The notes under the pieces were generated by a model. The model searched no databases, was not told where the DNA came from, and was given only the letters and a program-made list of their open reading frames with translations. Below are positions 1 to 12,554 of a stretch of DNA of 63,647 bases, one piece after another (position 1 is the stretch's first letter; each line of letters opens with the position of its first letter). Made by a program: the position numbers and the translations under genes. This DNA comes from Octopus bimaculoides (taxonomy: Eukaryota), in assembly GCF_001194135.2 (NCBI RefSeq), contig NC_068990.1, positions 71,735,885-71,799,531 of the forward strand, given 5' to 3'.

Positions 1-330
1 ATTGCTGTACTCATTTCCAACCCTCACCTTACTGGCAGCATCTCTGTACATGGCTCGCACAGCTCTCACTAACCATTCTTCTATCCCAAGTTTCCTCATT
101 GACCACCAGATAAGGGATCGGGGGACCCTGTCAAAGGCTTTCTCCATGTCAACGAAAGCCAGGTACAGAGGTTTATCCTTAGCTAGGTATTTCTCCTGCA
201 ACTGTCTCACTAGAAATAAGGCATCAGTAGTGCTTTTACCTGGCACGAACCCAAACTGCATCTCATCTAAATTGATTCGCTCCCTAATTAGTTGGGCTAT
301 GACCCTCTCTGTAACTTTCATAACCTGATC
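1..330 (-). mobile_element. RTE-clade non-LTR retrotransposon, reverse-transcriptase fragment (5'-truncated, runs off the window edge)
   Basis: The minus frame is open: DQVMKVTERVIAQLIRERINLDEMQFGFVPGKSTTDALFLVRQLQEKYLAKDKPLYLAFVDMEKAFDRVPRSLIWWSMRKLGIEEWLVRAVRAMY. QFGF..G.ST.DA and F.D.EKAFD are non-LTR RT motifs of RTE type. Confidence 0.93.
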
Positions 331-957
331 TAATATACATATATTTACATAAGCTCCATTATAATAAAGATTTTCTTATTATCACCACCCTCATTATAAC
401 CATGAGTAGTTATATAGCCCAACGTTGGCTATGACTTTGGGCTAAACAACAGACCTATGATAAAAAGCATTCCAACCATGACCACTTGTCAGTTTTTTTT
501 CCTCAGTATACCATATCCTGAGATGACAATGATGAATGTGTCCTCCACTTTCTTCTAAGATGGCAGGCTGTAATTTGAGAGAAATTTAGCAGCTATTTCT
601 AGCAGATATGGCAATGACAGAGATCCATCACTGTGGTGGCTGCTTCAGTTGTTAAATTTCATGTAGAGATAGATTATTGGAGACATGGAAGAAAGTAATG
701 AAATTATGTGTCAACATTTTGAGTCATCCAGATGAGTCAATACAAGATGAAGACAAGTGACAGCTTATTGTAGTGCAAACTTATCCAACCCTTAGCTTTA
801 TAGGAAAACAAAGAATGTGGTGGTGGAGGTGATACTGATGATCTATATAGAATAATTCATTTCCATGCTAATTGAATTGTCACCATGTACTGACTAGGCA
901 CAACAGCTTATATTGCATAAGAATGTATACAGGTACTTCAGATTGCTCCAGCTGATA

Positions 958-1164
958 CAGTAATCCCTTGCCATACTGCGGTTCACCAATCGCGGTTTAT
1001 TATTTAAGCAACATTCATTCCTCTGTGGTGTTGCTTTGCATTTATAATTAAAAAAATATATACAAATTATAAAAATGAAAAAAAAAATAAAAATACAGTA
1101 CAGTACTGTTTCTACTATCGTGCGGGGTTGGTACATAACACCCGCAGTAGTCGAGAGATTATTG
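958..1164. mobile_element. Tc1/mariner-superfamily (Tigger/pogo-like) MITE
   Basis: Flanked by TA at 956-957 and 1165-1166. Imperfect TIRs cagtaatcccttgccatactgcgg and ccgcagtagtcgagagattattg; AT-rich non-coding interior. Confidence 0.7.
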
Positions 1165-1457
1165 TACTTTAAATCCAGAAGGATAAAAGGCAAAATTCAA
1201 CCCTTATGAGATTTGAACTCAGAACATGGAAGAAAAAATCTTCAACAAATAATTGAATACAATTTCTCAAGCATTATACTGTTTCATCCAACTTACTAAC
1301 CCTTAACCCACACTCCACTTAATATCAATTCTTCCTCATGAGGTCTAATTGCTAGTTTTCTAGTGTAACATTCAGTATATTACATAAGCTTTTGAAGGAT
1401 GAAAGGAAAAGTCAAACCACAGTGGAATTTAAATTCAGAAAAGTAGTGAGGCATTAA

Positions 1458-1694
1458 TCCTTTTGTTACCATATTTCTCTTGAAATACAACCTCTTTGAT
1501 TCAATTAATTTTGAAAATAAAGAAAATAGCAAAATAACTTCTGTCATTATTAGGCTGATGCTTGGAATATAACATGAAATATTAATGGAAAATTCTAATT
1601 TAAATCACTTTCTGATTTTAATTTAAATCACTTTAAGTAGTAGGCTTGTACCACAAAACCAAGGGAGATCTCAGGCAGGTTGGTATCAAAAGGG
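1458..1694. mobile_element. TTAA-flanked (piggyBac-type) MITE, family 1
   Basis: TTAA at 1454-1457 and 1695-1698; ends tccttttgttacc ... ggtatcaaaaggg. Homologous copies at 28309-28526 and, inverted, at 48451-48656. Confidence 0.7.
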
Positions 1695-2184
1695 TTAAAC
1701 AAGATAGTGTAATATGTTCAGTCTAGTATCACAATGTATCAGTCATCTCTGTGAAGTTGGAGAACTTTAAGAGAAAGGAAATTAAATGAAATGTGGTTAT
1801 CACAGCTTTCTTCATGTCATTAACAATCTAAGTTAAGTGAATTAATTACAATGGAAGAATGAAGCAGGGTCTCAGACTCTTGTAAACATGAGCTTACTTC
1901 TTACTTCTATTTTTATAATGTTAGCTATGTGTAATTAATATTACCAAGGACAGAAGGCAGAGCTGATCTCAAGTCCTTTGAGGTCAATGATAATCCTTTC
2001 AAGGTCAACGAAATAAGTCACAGTCAAGTTATACAGGCAACTGTATCTGTCCTGCAATTCTTAGCATAAATCTAGTGTAAAGGATATTTGTGCTTAGAAA
2101 AAGCTACCAACTATTTGAGACGGTTATTTTTTTTTATTTAATTGGTGATGCAATGAATGATATATGCAAAGAATTCTCTATTAC

Positions 2185-2585
2185 TCTCTTTTACTTGTTT
2201 CAGTCATTTGACTGCGGCCATGCTGGAGCACCGCCTTTAGTCAAGCAAATCGACCCCAGGATGTATTCTTTGTAAGCCTAATACTTATTCTATCGGTCTC
2301 TTTTGCCAAACTGCTAAGTTACGGGGACGTAAATACACCAGCATCGCTTGTCAAGCGATGTTGTGGGGACAAACACAGACACACAAACACATGCATATAT
2401 ATATATATATACATATACGTATATACGACGGGCTTCTTTCAGTTTCCGTCTACCAAATCCACTCAAGGCTTTGGTCGGCCCAAGGCTATAGTAGAAGACA
2501 CTTGCCCAAGGTGTCACGCAGTGGGACTGAACCCGGAACCATGTGGTTGGTAAGCAAGCTACTTACCATACAGCCACTCCTGTGC
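2185..2585 (-). mobile_element. tRNA-derived SINE, family A (dominant octopus-type SINE), near full length
   Basis: Minus-strand head with A-box-like tggctgtatggtaag and B-box-like ggttcagtccc, plus an internal (TA/CA) microsatellite. Highly similar to 52116-52448 and to many other copies in the window. Confidence 0.9.
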
Positions 2586-3150
2586 TTATGAAATTGAAAT
2601 TTACCTTTTAGTTAGAGAAAGAAAACTAAAACTTAATGAAAAGTGGGAGATAATTTTGTGAAATTATTAATTTCATGATAAATCGAATTTTTATGCTTAG
2701 GAGACAAGTCTGATCTTTGTAAGAAGGCAAAGTAACAACTATGTGCAGTTTCACACAATTTCTGGCTAACAAGCTCAACTCACAACCTATTGGTCAAACC
2801 AATGCTAAAATAAAAGACTCATGTCCAATATGATATACAGTAGGACTGAATCCAGAACAATGTAATTGGGAAGAGACCTTCTAAACCCTGTGTCTGTGCC
2901 TCTATGTGTATTTCTTTTTATGATGTCTAATATCTGTGATTCGGTATTGATGAGATCATGTTGTTAAGACCTTATTGGAGGAGGTTTCTTCAGCCTCATT
3001 TTATAGAGGAGAGGCATACCTGATATGAAATATTAAGACGCCAACACTTTCAGTAAGTTTGCACAAAGTTATGTCAGATCACTCTCCAGTGCTACTAGTA
3101 ACATATAACTCAGTACAACTTGTCGCAATGTCAGGTCATTGGTAACTAAA

Positions 3151-3188
3151 CCAGCAACCTCACCAAGCTTGCTTGGTGAAGTTGCTGG
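3151..3188. repeat. 38-bp near-perfect palindrome (18-bp arms, 2-nt loop)
   Basis: ccagcaacctcaccaagc-tt-gcttggtgaagttgctgg; 17 of 18 positions complementary. Confidence 0.9.
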
Positions 3189-3909
3189 ACCGAGGAGGGC
3201 GATTTGGACACTGCAGAATGAAACACAAAACCTGTCAAAGGGTGGAACTTGTGAGATTCAACAGCCATCCACTAGTGTGTATACAGAAAAGTTAACCTCA
3301 ATGAGAATAAATCCCCAAGCTAGGGTCATGGTGAGGTCATAGGGAGCAGCATGGTGAATGTGAAGTTGGGTATGTTGATCTTCATTTGATGTATGATCTT
3401 CAACTGGTGAAACTACATGACACAGTATGTGTGGAAGAGCCTCTTCAGCCAAGGGTCAGTCTAGGATCAACCAATCCAGTTAGAGGATTACTGTCAGTTG
3501 ATAGAACTGGTGATTCATCAACTCACTTTAGCTATGTGAAAACACTATGGAGTTCTGGAGCCTCCAAGTCACCAACTGGAGTTGGCTGACCAGTAGCAGT
3601 AGTAGTGTAAGTACAATAACAATGCATTACAGAGTAGCCCAGTTCACTGTATCTAAATAACAATTGGTGCAATAAAAGAGATGATAGAGCCTAATATTTA
3701 GATAATAAGCAATATGATGAAGAAATATTGCTTACTTAATTTCACATAACATCAAGGAAGTAGGGGTAAGGTCAATTGGATTAACCCACAAAATATTACA
3801 GATACTTTATTTTGACCTCAAGAGGTGTAAATTTAAAAATAAATAAATAACCCCTGTAGGTTCTGAATTCACCACAAAGAGAAGTAATAAGATATTGATT
3901 ACAAATTTT

Positions 3910-4395
3910 ATCACAAGGCCAGAAATTTCGGGGGAGGGGGTAAATTGATTACATCAACCCCAATGCTCAACTGGTACTTATTTTATTAACCCCCCAAAAG
4001 GATGAAAGGTAAAGTCAATCTCAGTGGAATTTGAACTCAGAATGTAAAGATGGACAAAAGGCTGCTAAGCATTTTATCCAACATTTTAGCATTGGTTTGA
4101 CCAATAGGTTATGAGTGGAGCATGCTTACAGTTCTACCAGCCCACTGCTTTGAAGCAACTAAATATTGGTTTCAAATTTGGGCACAAGGGTAGCGATTTT
4201 GGGGGTGGGGGGTTGAGTTGATCACATCAACCCCAGTGCTCAACTGGTACCTATTTTACTGACCCAAAAAGAATGAAAGACAAACTTGACCTTGCTTGAA
4301 TTTGAGCTCAGAACATAAAGACAGACAAAATGCTGCTAAGCATTTTGCCCAGCATACTAATGATTCTGCAAGCTCACCACATTGAAGTAACTAAA
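3910..4395 (-). mobile_element. Tandem pair of diverged family-B SINE copies
   Basis: Two consecutive units of about 240 bp, each with catcaacccc(a)..gctcaactggtac.tatttta...gaatttga.ctcagaa. They end in tgaagcaactaaatattg and tgaagtaactaaacattg. Confidence 0.75.
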
Positions 4396-4986
4396 CATTG
4401 CAATGTATTTAGTCATGGGCCCTATGGTAGATAATTACTGAAATCTTTATATAGACCAAATCAAATGTCAGGCATAACTGATATATAAAAGTAAATACTG
4501 ACTGAAAAAAATCACAACCACAGATTAACTGTTACTGATAGCTCATCTAAGATTGATGAATTAAATGCCTTAGTGTTGAAAAATATGAGACTACCTCTTA
4601 CTGAGGAAATTAGAAATATCCACTGAATATTTCATTTCCTTTAACAGAACAAAAAGCAGTTTTAGACACCAATTTTGTTGAAGAATATCATGTTTGAAAC
4701 TTTTTGTTGAGATATGTCAAAGTTATTGAGGCAACATAACTTGCAAAAGATACCAATTTATTTTTTGGTGTGTGTGTATATATATATATATNNNNNNNNN
4801 NNNNNNNNNNNNNNNNNNNNNNNNNNNNNNNNNNNNNNNNNNNNNNNNNNNNNNNNNNNNNNNNNNNNNNNNNNNNNNNNNNNNNNNNNNNNNNNNNNNN
4901 NNNNNNNNNNNNNNNNNNNNNNNNNNNNNNNNNNNNNNNNNNNNNNNNNNNNNNNNNNNNNNNNNNNNNNNNNNNNNNNNNNNNNN

Positions 4987-5200
4987 AGAAACATTAGCAC
5001 ACCAGGTGAAATGCTTAGCGGTATTTCGTCTGCTGTTACGTTCTGAGTTCAAATTCTGCCGAGGTCGACTTTGCCTTTCATCCTTCCTTGGTCAATAAAT
5101 TAAGTACAGATGCACTAGGGTCAATGTAATTGACTTAATCCCTTTGTCCTTGTTTGTCCCCTCTATGTTTAGCCCCTTGTGAACAATAAAGAAATAGGAA
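4987..5200 (+). mobile_element. SINE family B, young copy
   Basis: ...ttctgagttcaaattctgccgaggtcgactttgcctttcatcc...gtttagccccttgtgaacaataaagaaat; reverse-complement match to 35483-35716. Confidence 0.85.
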
Positions 5201-6913
5201 ACTGAAAGACGCCCTATTGCATATATATATATATATATGTATTTATAATCGTGTATGTGTGTCTGTGCTTGTTCCCCTCATCACCACTTGACAACCAGTA
5301 TTGGTGAGTTTATGTCCCTGTAACTTAGTGGTTCGGCAAAAGTGTCTGATAGAATAAGTACTAGACTGAAAAAATGTCCTGGGGTTGATTTGTTCGACTA
5401 AAACTCTTCAAGGCAGTGCTCCAGCATGGCCATAGTCAAATGACTGAAACAAGTAAAAGTATGGAAAAAATATCTAACATCATTACTCAAATGATCATAA
5501 AATTCAGTTTTGTAATTAAAGAGTTTAAGTTAAATCTTGTATAATTTTAAGTAAGACCCTTCAATTTTGTTTGAAAGACCCTAATGGTGGAGTTAATTAT
5601 ATTTCTAAAGCCTCACAAATCCAGGTTTATTAAAAAGAAAACTGAAATAGATGGGAAGTGTATTTCATTAGACATGCTAATGAAAGGGTAAAGACAGTAT
5701 TAAGTACTGAGGATGTTTTGTTTGACGATACCTTTACTCAACATTAATGGTTTTGTACCTAAGTTAGACACCAAAATTACATTTGAGCAACTTGTTTTGT
5801 AATGAAGTAACTGAGAATGGTAACAAGAGTAATTTTAGACTGAAAATTACATAACTAATAATTACATTTACTTCACTAATTTTTTCTTTTCTTTTTAGTT
5901 GTCTCTTTTTAGCATTTCTCAGGGGAATTTTGTATTCTTAGATTGATATATTCAGCAATCTTGTGTAGTTTATATTTTTAGCAATAAAACTGTTCACTTA
6001 AATGTTTAGCAATGGTTTTCTGCAGATGACAGCTTTAAAAAAATCTGTTTTGTTTAGCTCTAGTAACTTGGTTTTGATCAAGGTAAGATAAGTCAAAAAT
6101 TTTGATATGGTGGTTTATCTTTTTTCACAGCTTTAAGGTTTAAGTAAGCTTTCTAGAAGTGGATTAGAATGTTACATGAGGATGACGGTTAGGAAACTTT
6201 TGCAAACAGCTTTCTGAGATAAATTTAAAAAATAGTGGTCTGTTAAAACTGACTTTCTTTAGAAGATACTCAAACTATAAAAGAAAACTCAAAAGTTTGA
6301 TATTAGCTGTTATTATTTTTTTTGATATCACTCTTATGGTTACTAAGTTGTCTATTAACTTTAAAGAAATTTATCAAAGTAAATTTTATCAAAGAATTGT
6401 AGTGACAAAATTTATTATTGAATTTATACAAATCCAAAGCAACATATAGGTTTCCTTTCAAAAGAAAAAAAAAAGAAAGAAAAATAATTCAAGCATGGCT
6501 ATATGGTTAAGAAATTTGTTTTACAGTTACATACACGGATTTGATTCCACAACACAATAATNNNNNNNNNNNNNNNNNNNNNNNNNNNNNNNNNNNNNNN
6601 NNNNNNNNNNNNNNNNNNNNNNNNNNNNNNNNNNNNNNNNNNNNNNNNNNNNNNNNNNNNNNNNNNNNNNNNNNNNNNNNNNNNNNNNNNNNNNNNNNNN
6701 NNNNNNNNNNNNNNNNNNNNNNNNNNNNNNNNNNNNNNNNNNNNNNNNNNNNNNNNNNNNNNNNNNNNNNNNNNNNNNNNNNNNNNNNNNNNNNNNNNNN
6801 NNNNNNNNNNNNNNNNNNNNNNNNNNNNNNNNNNNNNNNNNNNNNNNNNNNNNNNNNNNNNNNNNNNNNNNNNNNNNNNNNNNNNNNNNNNNNNNNNNNN
6901 NNNNNNNNNNNNN

Positions 6914-6978
<65 letters not shown>

Positions 6979-7294
6979 AACAACTTTTAAATCTCTGAGT
7001 GAGAGATATACAGTAACAGTAGTGGATAGTAATGTTTATATGCCAACAGAATGTGGCAGTCCTATAAAGTACGATGTTACTGTTGTTTTAGCCCTCAGTT
7101 GTCTCACATTGTGGACGGATAACATCCAGAAACCTAGGTCTGTGTGTATCTGACCAGTAACAGCAATAGAGCTGAAAGTTTTAGGAATTACTCCTTTCAA
7201 TAGTTACTAACAAATGAAGAAAATTCAAGAACTTTCATGACAGACACTTGTTGAATTACACTAGAATGATCCTTTAGTAAGCATTTTTATGTTA

Positions 7295-7670
7295 CCTTTT
7301 ACTTGTTTAAGTCATTACTGTGATCATACTGGAGCACTGCTCGAAGAGCTTTAATCAATCAGAATGATCACAGTACTTACTTTTTAAACCTGGTATCCAT
7401 TCTATAGGTCTCTTTTGACAAACTGCTAAGTCACAGTGGACTTAAACAAACCAACAATGGTTGTCAAGCAGTGGTAGGGGACAAATACAACACAAACATG
7501 CACACACGCACACACATACACACACACAATGGATTTCTTTCAATTACAAGACATTGGTCAGCTCAGGCCTATAGTAGAAGACATTTACCTGAGGTGCAAT
7601 GCAGTGGGACTGAACTTGGAACCAAGTGGTCTGGAATCAAACTTCTTAGCACACAGCCATGCCTATGCCT
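7295..7670 (-). mobile_element. SINE family A, diverged copy
   Basis: Colinear with 2185-2585 and includes the internal (CA)n tract. Confidence 0.8.
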
Positions 7671-7835
7671 ATTTGCTTCGTTTTTTTTATTTTTTTTTAA
7701 TATTTTAAGTTTTCCAAATCTTTTATCAGATTTTGTTTGAATATACATGTATATTCTGTGAAGTATTGTAGATATATTTAAGACTGAAAGATAATAAGAA
7801 AACGAGTGTCAATGTAGATATTTAGAAGCAGTTAC

Positions 7836-7994
7836 CTTTAAAATGGCATCTCCAACGAATAGTTGACCAGATCGATCAGCAGCAAGGCCTTTCACAATAC
7901 GGGAGATAAGAACTGGTAATTTGTGTTCAGCACCACCTTTTACACTTAAACCGAGTCCTTCATCAGCTTCTTTGATGATTGTAACAAGTCTGAC
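7836..7994 (-). CDS. SNTG1: Gamma-syntrophin exon (PDZ domain), 159 nt, phase 0/0
   Basis: Acceptor ttctgtgttgtAG and donor AAG|GTaact. Encodes [53 protein letters not shown]. It has the GLGL carboxylate-binding loop and KGGAEH, typical of gamma syntrophins (alpha/beta have KGGREN/KGGKEN). The invertebrate gene is presumably co-orthologous to SNTG1/SNTG2. Confidence 0.95.
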
Positions 7995-10900
7995 CTACAA
8001 CACAGAAAAATAGGAAATAATTTTCAATTTGTTGAAAATTTTATGTTATTTGTTTTTGCTTTGTTTTTCACTTCACATTATAAAATGGATGTTAGAAACC
8101 AAATAGTTACAAAGAGATTGTCTTGACATTCAAACAGAACCAGTTCTTGAGCTATTGATCAACAGGAAGTTTCTATGACAAATGAATCCTATGAATCAGC
8201 ATTATTATTTTCATCATCATCATCGTCATTAAATTTTATTGATAATTAGTTACTGATTGAGATCAGATTTATTGATGTTTTATAAATAAATGTATGCATA
8301 TATTATGTGTATTATAAGAATAGAATTCCTATAGATTTAAATAATGATAAATTTATAAAATTAATGTATTTTGAAATGATGAAGATCACTTAATGAACAT
8401 AGATACGACTTTAAATTAATTAATTTATTGTATCTGAGTTTGACAGTATTTCAATAACTATCCAATTTAGTATTACTCCTAGAGTATCTATCACACATGT
8501 AACTATTTACCATTTTCTGAACACCAAGGAAAGTTACTAATGCCTTTGGAGCTTACTGTTCTGAGTTGGTAAACTGAAATCAAAATATACTTCTCATAGT
8601 AACTTTAACTGGATGTTTCTTTCTCTTAATTATGGGAAGTTGTGGAGGTTTTCAAATAAGTAAATAAAATTTATCACAATTCATTTTCCAAGAATAAAAC
8701 ATAGCAATTTTATTCATAAAACTGTCATTGATAATGACAGTTGTATGAATAAAACAAATCATAGATATTTATACTTTATTTTTTCTTTATAAATCAGATT
8801 TAAATGTAAACATTTTGATTCTATCAAATTTATATTGGTTGTTTTGACGTCTCTGCTGTTATCTCATGTAATATAAAAATGATTAATAAGGAACGACTTC
8901 CATATCTTCTCTGAGTGAAAAGATCAAGAAAGTTGAAATGTTCTCTGAAACTGTTTTCAGCCATCTAATTAATAAGCTGTATTTTAATTTATTTATAATT
9001 TGAATAGCTGGCTGAACTAATACTGACACCACATACAAATAGTATACAGACTGATTCAAAAGTTCCTTTAGCGTGCATGCACACACACTCACACACACAA
9101 ATATGAATTAGAAGCAGCTCAAGGAATAAAAACATGTTATACAAACCCATGAACTAACAACACACATACCTTGTTTGTGTGTTTGATTTTGTTTATATAT
9201 NNNNNNNNNNNNNNNNNNNNNNNNNNNNNNNNNNNNNNNNNNNNNNNNNNNNNNNNNNNNNNNNNNNNNNNNNNNNNNNNNNNNNNNNNNNNNNNNNNNN
9301 NNNNNNNNNNNNNNNNNNNNNNNNNNNNNNNNNNNNNNATATATATATTTATATATATTTGGATACATGATCGCAAGGTCAGGGGGGTGATTCCTAGAGC
9401 AGACAGTATATTGTGTGCTTGGGTTTAATTTTGTCTATAGTTAGACATTACTGGGAACTCTCTTAGGAAAAACATCTATTTGATATACCAAACAGAATCA
9501 TAACACATGACATTGCATTTGTAGCTGTGCTAATTTTATTCCCTTTTATTGTTTATTCACATAACTAGAATAGAAGCTTTTAGAAATGTTGCCATTACTG
9601 GCATTAATCTCTGCATAGAAGCAGGAAAATTGGATCTTTACTGTCACTGCAGTAAAACTAAACCACAAATGTAATGTAAACTGAGATTATTTGCCCTTGT
9701 TGTTGTTGTTGTCGTCATCATGTTTAAGAATATAAAGTGTTACACAACAAATCACAAATCTTTAAGTTAGAAAATTCCTAGCATTGAAATGAAAGCAAAA
9801 TAAAAGTAATGAAGCCAATTTCTCAATTCAAACAATAGAAGGTTGTGAAGATATGACAACTGGGATGATATATATTAAAGATGGCTGAATTTACAGAACT
9901 GGAGAAATAAAACAGAATTACCTAAAGGTATATATTATCTAATCATACTTCTATATAGATTTTTTTTTCAAATAGCCAGAGAAAAAAGAAAGAAGATGAA
10001 GGCCTTTAAGAAGTGTGTTCAGCTGGTACAGTGGTACAGGGCCTGAAGAGCCCAAAAGAGGCCAGTGACAATCTGTCAGGCTCTCACTCTAAAGAAATCT
10101 CACAGCCCCTTTGACTACTAAGATGACAGTCCCTCCCAAGGCCTGAAAGCAGTCATGTTTTGCTTCATTAAATTTATCTTGGATGTCCTGTTCACACTTG
10201 TTGGAGGCTCTCAGACTGTATTAAGACTGAGATTCTAACTTACCATCATTCACATGCCATCTAATCAAAATGATAGAAATACTTATGATTCTGCTAAATG
10301 GTAAATCAGTATATATGCTATCAGCAGAAGATATACCTGAATCAAAATCCTCCTTAAATTTCTGAATATCAATAATTTAAACTGAATGCTTCTGATTTAT
10401 ATCTAAACTGAATAAATATCAACAGCATGTTGTCTTGGTCATCTTTCTTTGTTGTCATCATCAGTGTATACCCATTACATGCTGGCATGTGTAAATTCTT
10501 AGTCATAGTTACTGCCCTCCTAGATGAGCTAGGGGCCATATCTTGCTCATGTATTCTGTTTTTGACATGGTTTCTACAGCTGGGTGCACTTCCCAACACT
10601 AAATACTTTACAAAATGTATGAGATGCATTTTATCATGTACCACTACTGAAGAGGTGGTCACGTTCTTAATAGGGTCCTCTTGACTTTGTGAACAGATTT
10701 GTGTGGAGAGGTTTATTATGGAGAGTAAGAGATCATTTCAATTCTACTAAAATTATATCATAATAGATAAAATCTCAATTTGTTAAAGTAGATATAAGTA
10801 TGAAATAAAATGGTTAATGAGTTGATTTAAAGTTAAAATTTAAGCCCTGGGGATATTAGCTCTATCTAATTTGGAAGAAAGCATGAAATGAGTCTGTATT

Positions 10901-12501
10901 AAGAAACCACTAGTTAGAGCTTCACATGTTTTCTAGCAGTATGATTTATACAGTTTTAAAGCCTAGTCAAAAACAGGAAGACCTACTTCTATGACTGTTT
11001 TGCAGGACATCAAAGACTGGTGGCAGAAAAGGAGGAAGAAATAAAAGACGATGTCTGATGCTTGCAATAAAGTGGATTCCTTCAATGACACCCATTAGCC
11101 ATATGGGACTTAAACTCGGCTATGGATTAAATATACTGCCCCCAGAATAACTACAATTTGGGTAGCAAGCTTCCAAAGAGGGCTTTAGTAGGAAATTTTT
11201 GCCCCAAGTGTTATGTAGCAAGATCAAATCTGAAACTGCATGATTGTGAACCAATCTTTTTAATCACATGACCATTTCCTGTACCCTAATGTCATGGACT
11301 TGGATTAAAAGGTGAAAGAAAAATGAGATTATGAAGCATTCATACCATTCATAGAAGTATCATTGTAAGAAAAATGAGGTGAGCTACAGCCAGGATTAAA
11401 ATTCAGGCCACATATTCTATTCATCAGGATCCTTATATTATGGCGTTTGGCATTTTCTAGTAGTGTACTTTAAGTATAAAACAGTTTCAGTCTATTATTA
11501 CAAGCTGAGATTGAATCTATTTGTTTCCATTTAATCCAAACTGCAGAACAATTAAGAGCCATTGAAAATCCATAATACCAAAAATAGATATAGCATATCA
11601 TATGATAATACTGTGTGGACTAATCAATGTGAAAATATAACAACTAGAGATGAATTTGGCAATGCAATAGAAATTTTCTGCTCTTTCATCAAATAAAAGT
11701 AATATAATTGGTTTTGCAATGCTGCCAGGAAAGTCACAGCAATAACGATAACAATTATGGTGCTCTGTCTCAGAATAATAACCCTAAAGACATTGTAAGA
11801 TAATAAGGGAAGAAAATCTGGTATGAGTGTTTATGCATTGAAGTTTGGAGCTAAAAGGACACTTAATTTATTGATTACATGGACCAAATTGTGAAAGGAA
11901 TGAGAAATGATATTTTGTGATATTTACATCAAATGATGGCATTAAGGGACACTAGTAAAATATTGACTTCATGCAGAGAAATATTGTCGCAGATATATAG
12001 ACAAATGATAAATAAGATTGCATGCAGCTGATGCCTTTCTCAAGAACATTTTGAACACAAGTTAAATAGCTTCACTTGTGAATTGAAATCATATAGTAGT
12101 CTTAGCTTATCAAAGGTTAACCTCTATTCTGCATTTGTTGCCTAACGTATGCACAATTTATAGTATCAACACATCAGAAAATTGATTAAAATGCATCAGA
12201 GTTACTTTCCATTGTTAGATCCTATCAGAACCATATTAAGAATGGGATATTAGATATAAATAGTAAGCTGAACAGAAAAGTTATTGGTTTAATTAGCAAG
12301 AGGCATGCAAAATTATGACAACTGAGCAAAGTGAAACATGTATTACACACTTAAGGTGATTTTCTTGTTCAGAATTATACTTCACTTGATTTAAGAACAT
12401 CTTAATGACATCGGATAAGTTATACTTTTGTAAAACACTTCAGCAATTATTAATCACTTTATCACCACAAACTAAAGCAACAACAGCTTCTAGATAGATG
12501 G

Positions 12502-12554
<53 letters not shown>

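Noticed and set aside
2-328. 108-aa plus-strand ORF
   Set aside because: It is the antisense shadow of the minus-strand RTE reverse-transcriptase frame.
2500-2585. tRNA genes at SINE heads (also 14916 and 23786)
   Set aside because: A/B-box-like motifs are present but there is no full cloverleaf, and they continue directly into SINE bodies.
4714-5098. Long ORFs containing X runs (also 6507-6983, 9108-9428, 36389-36622, 53184-54473 and 56721-57263)
   Set aside because: They are open only because N gaps and (TA)n tracts contain no stop codons. The one real peptide among them is the RTE fragment at 53288-53484.
10229-10340. Minus-strand strong donor (ATG|GTaagt) with possible 17-nt or roughly 93-nt exons
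   Set aside because: Neither option fits the phase 0/0 syntrophin intron, and the two flanking exons already join without a gap in the alignment.
11600-12480. Non-repeat stretch with a coding-like feel (possible old DNA transposon)
   Set aside because: All frames I read were interrupted and showed no recognisable motif or termini.
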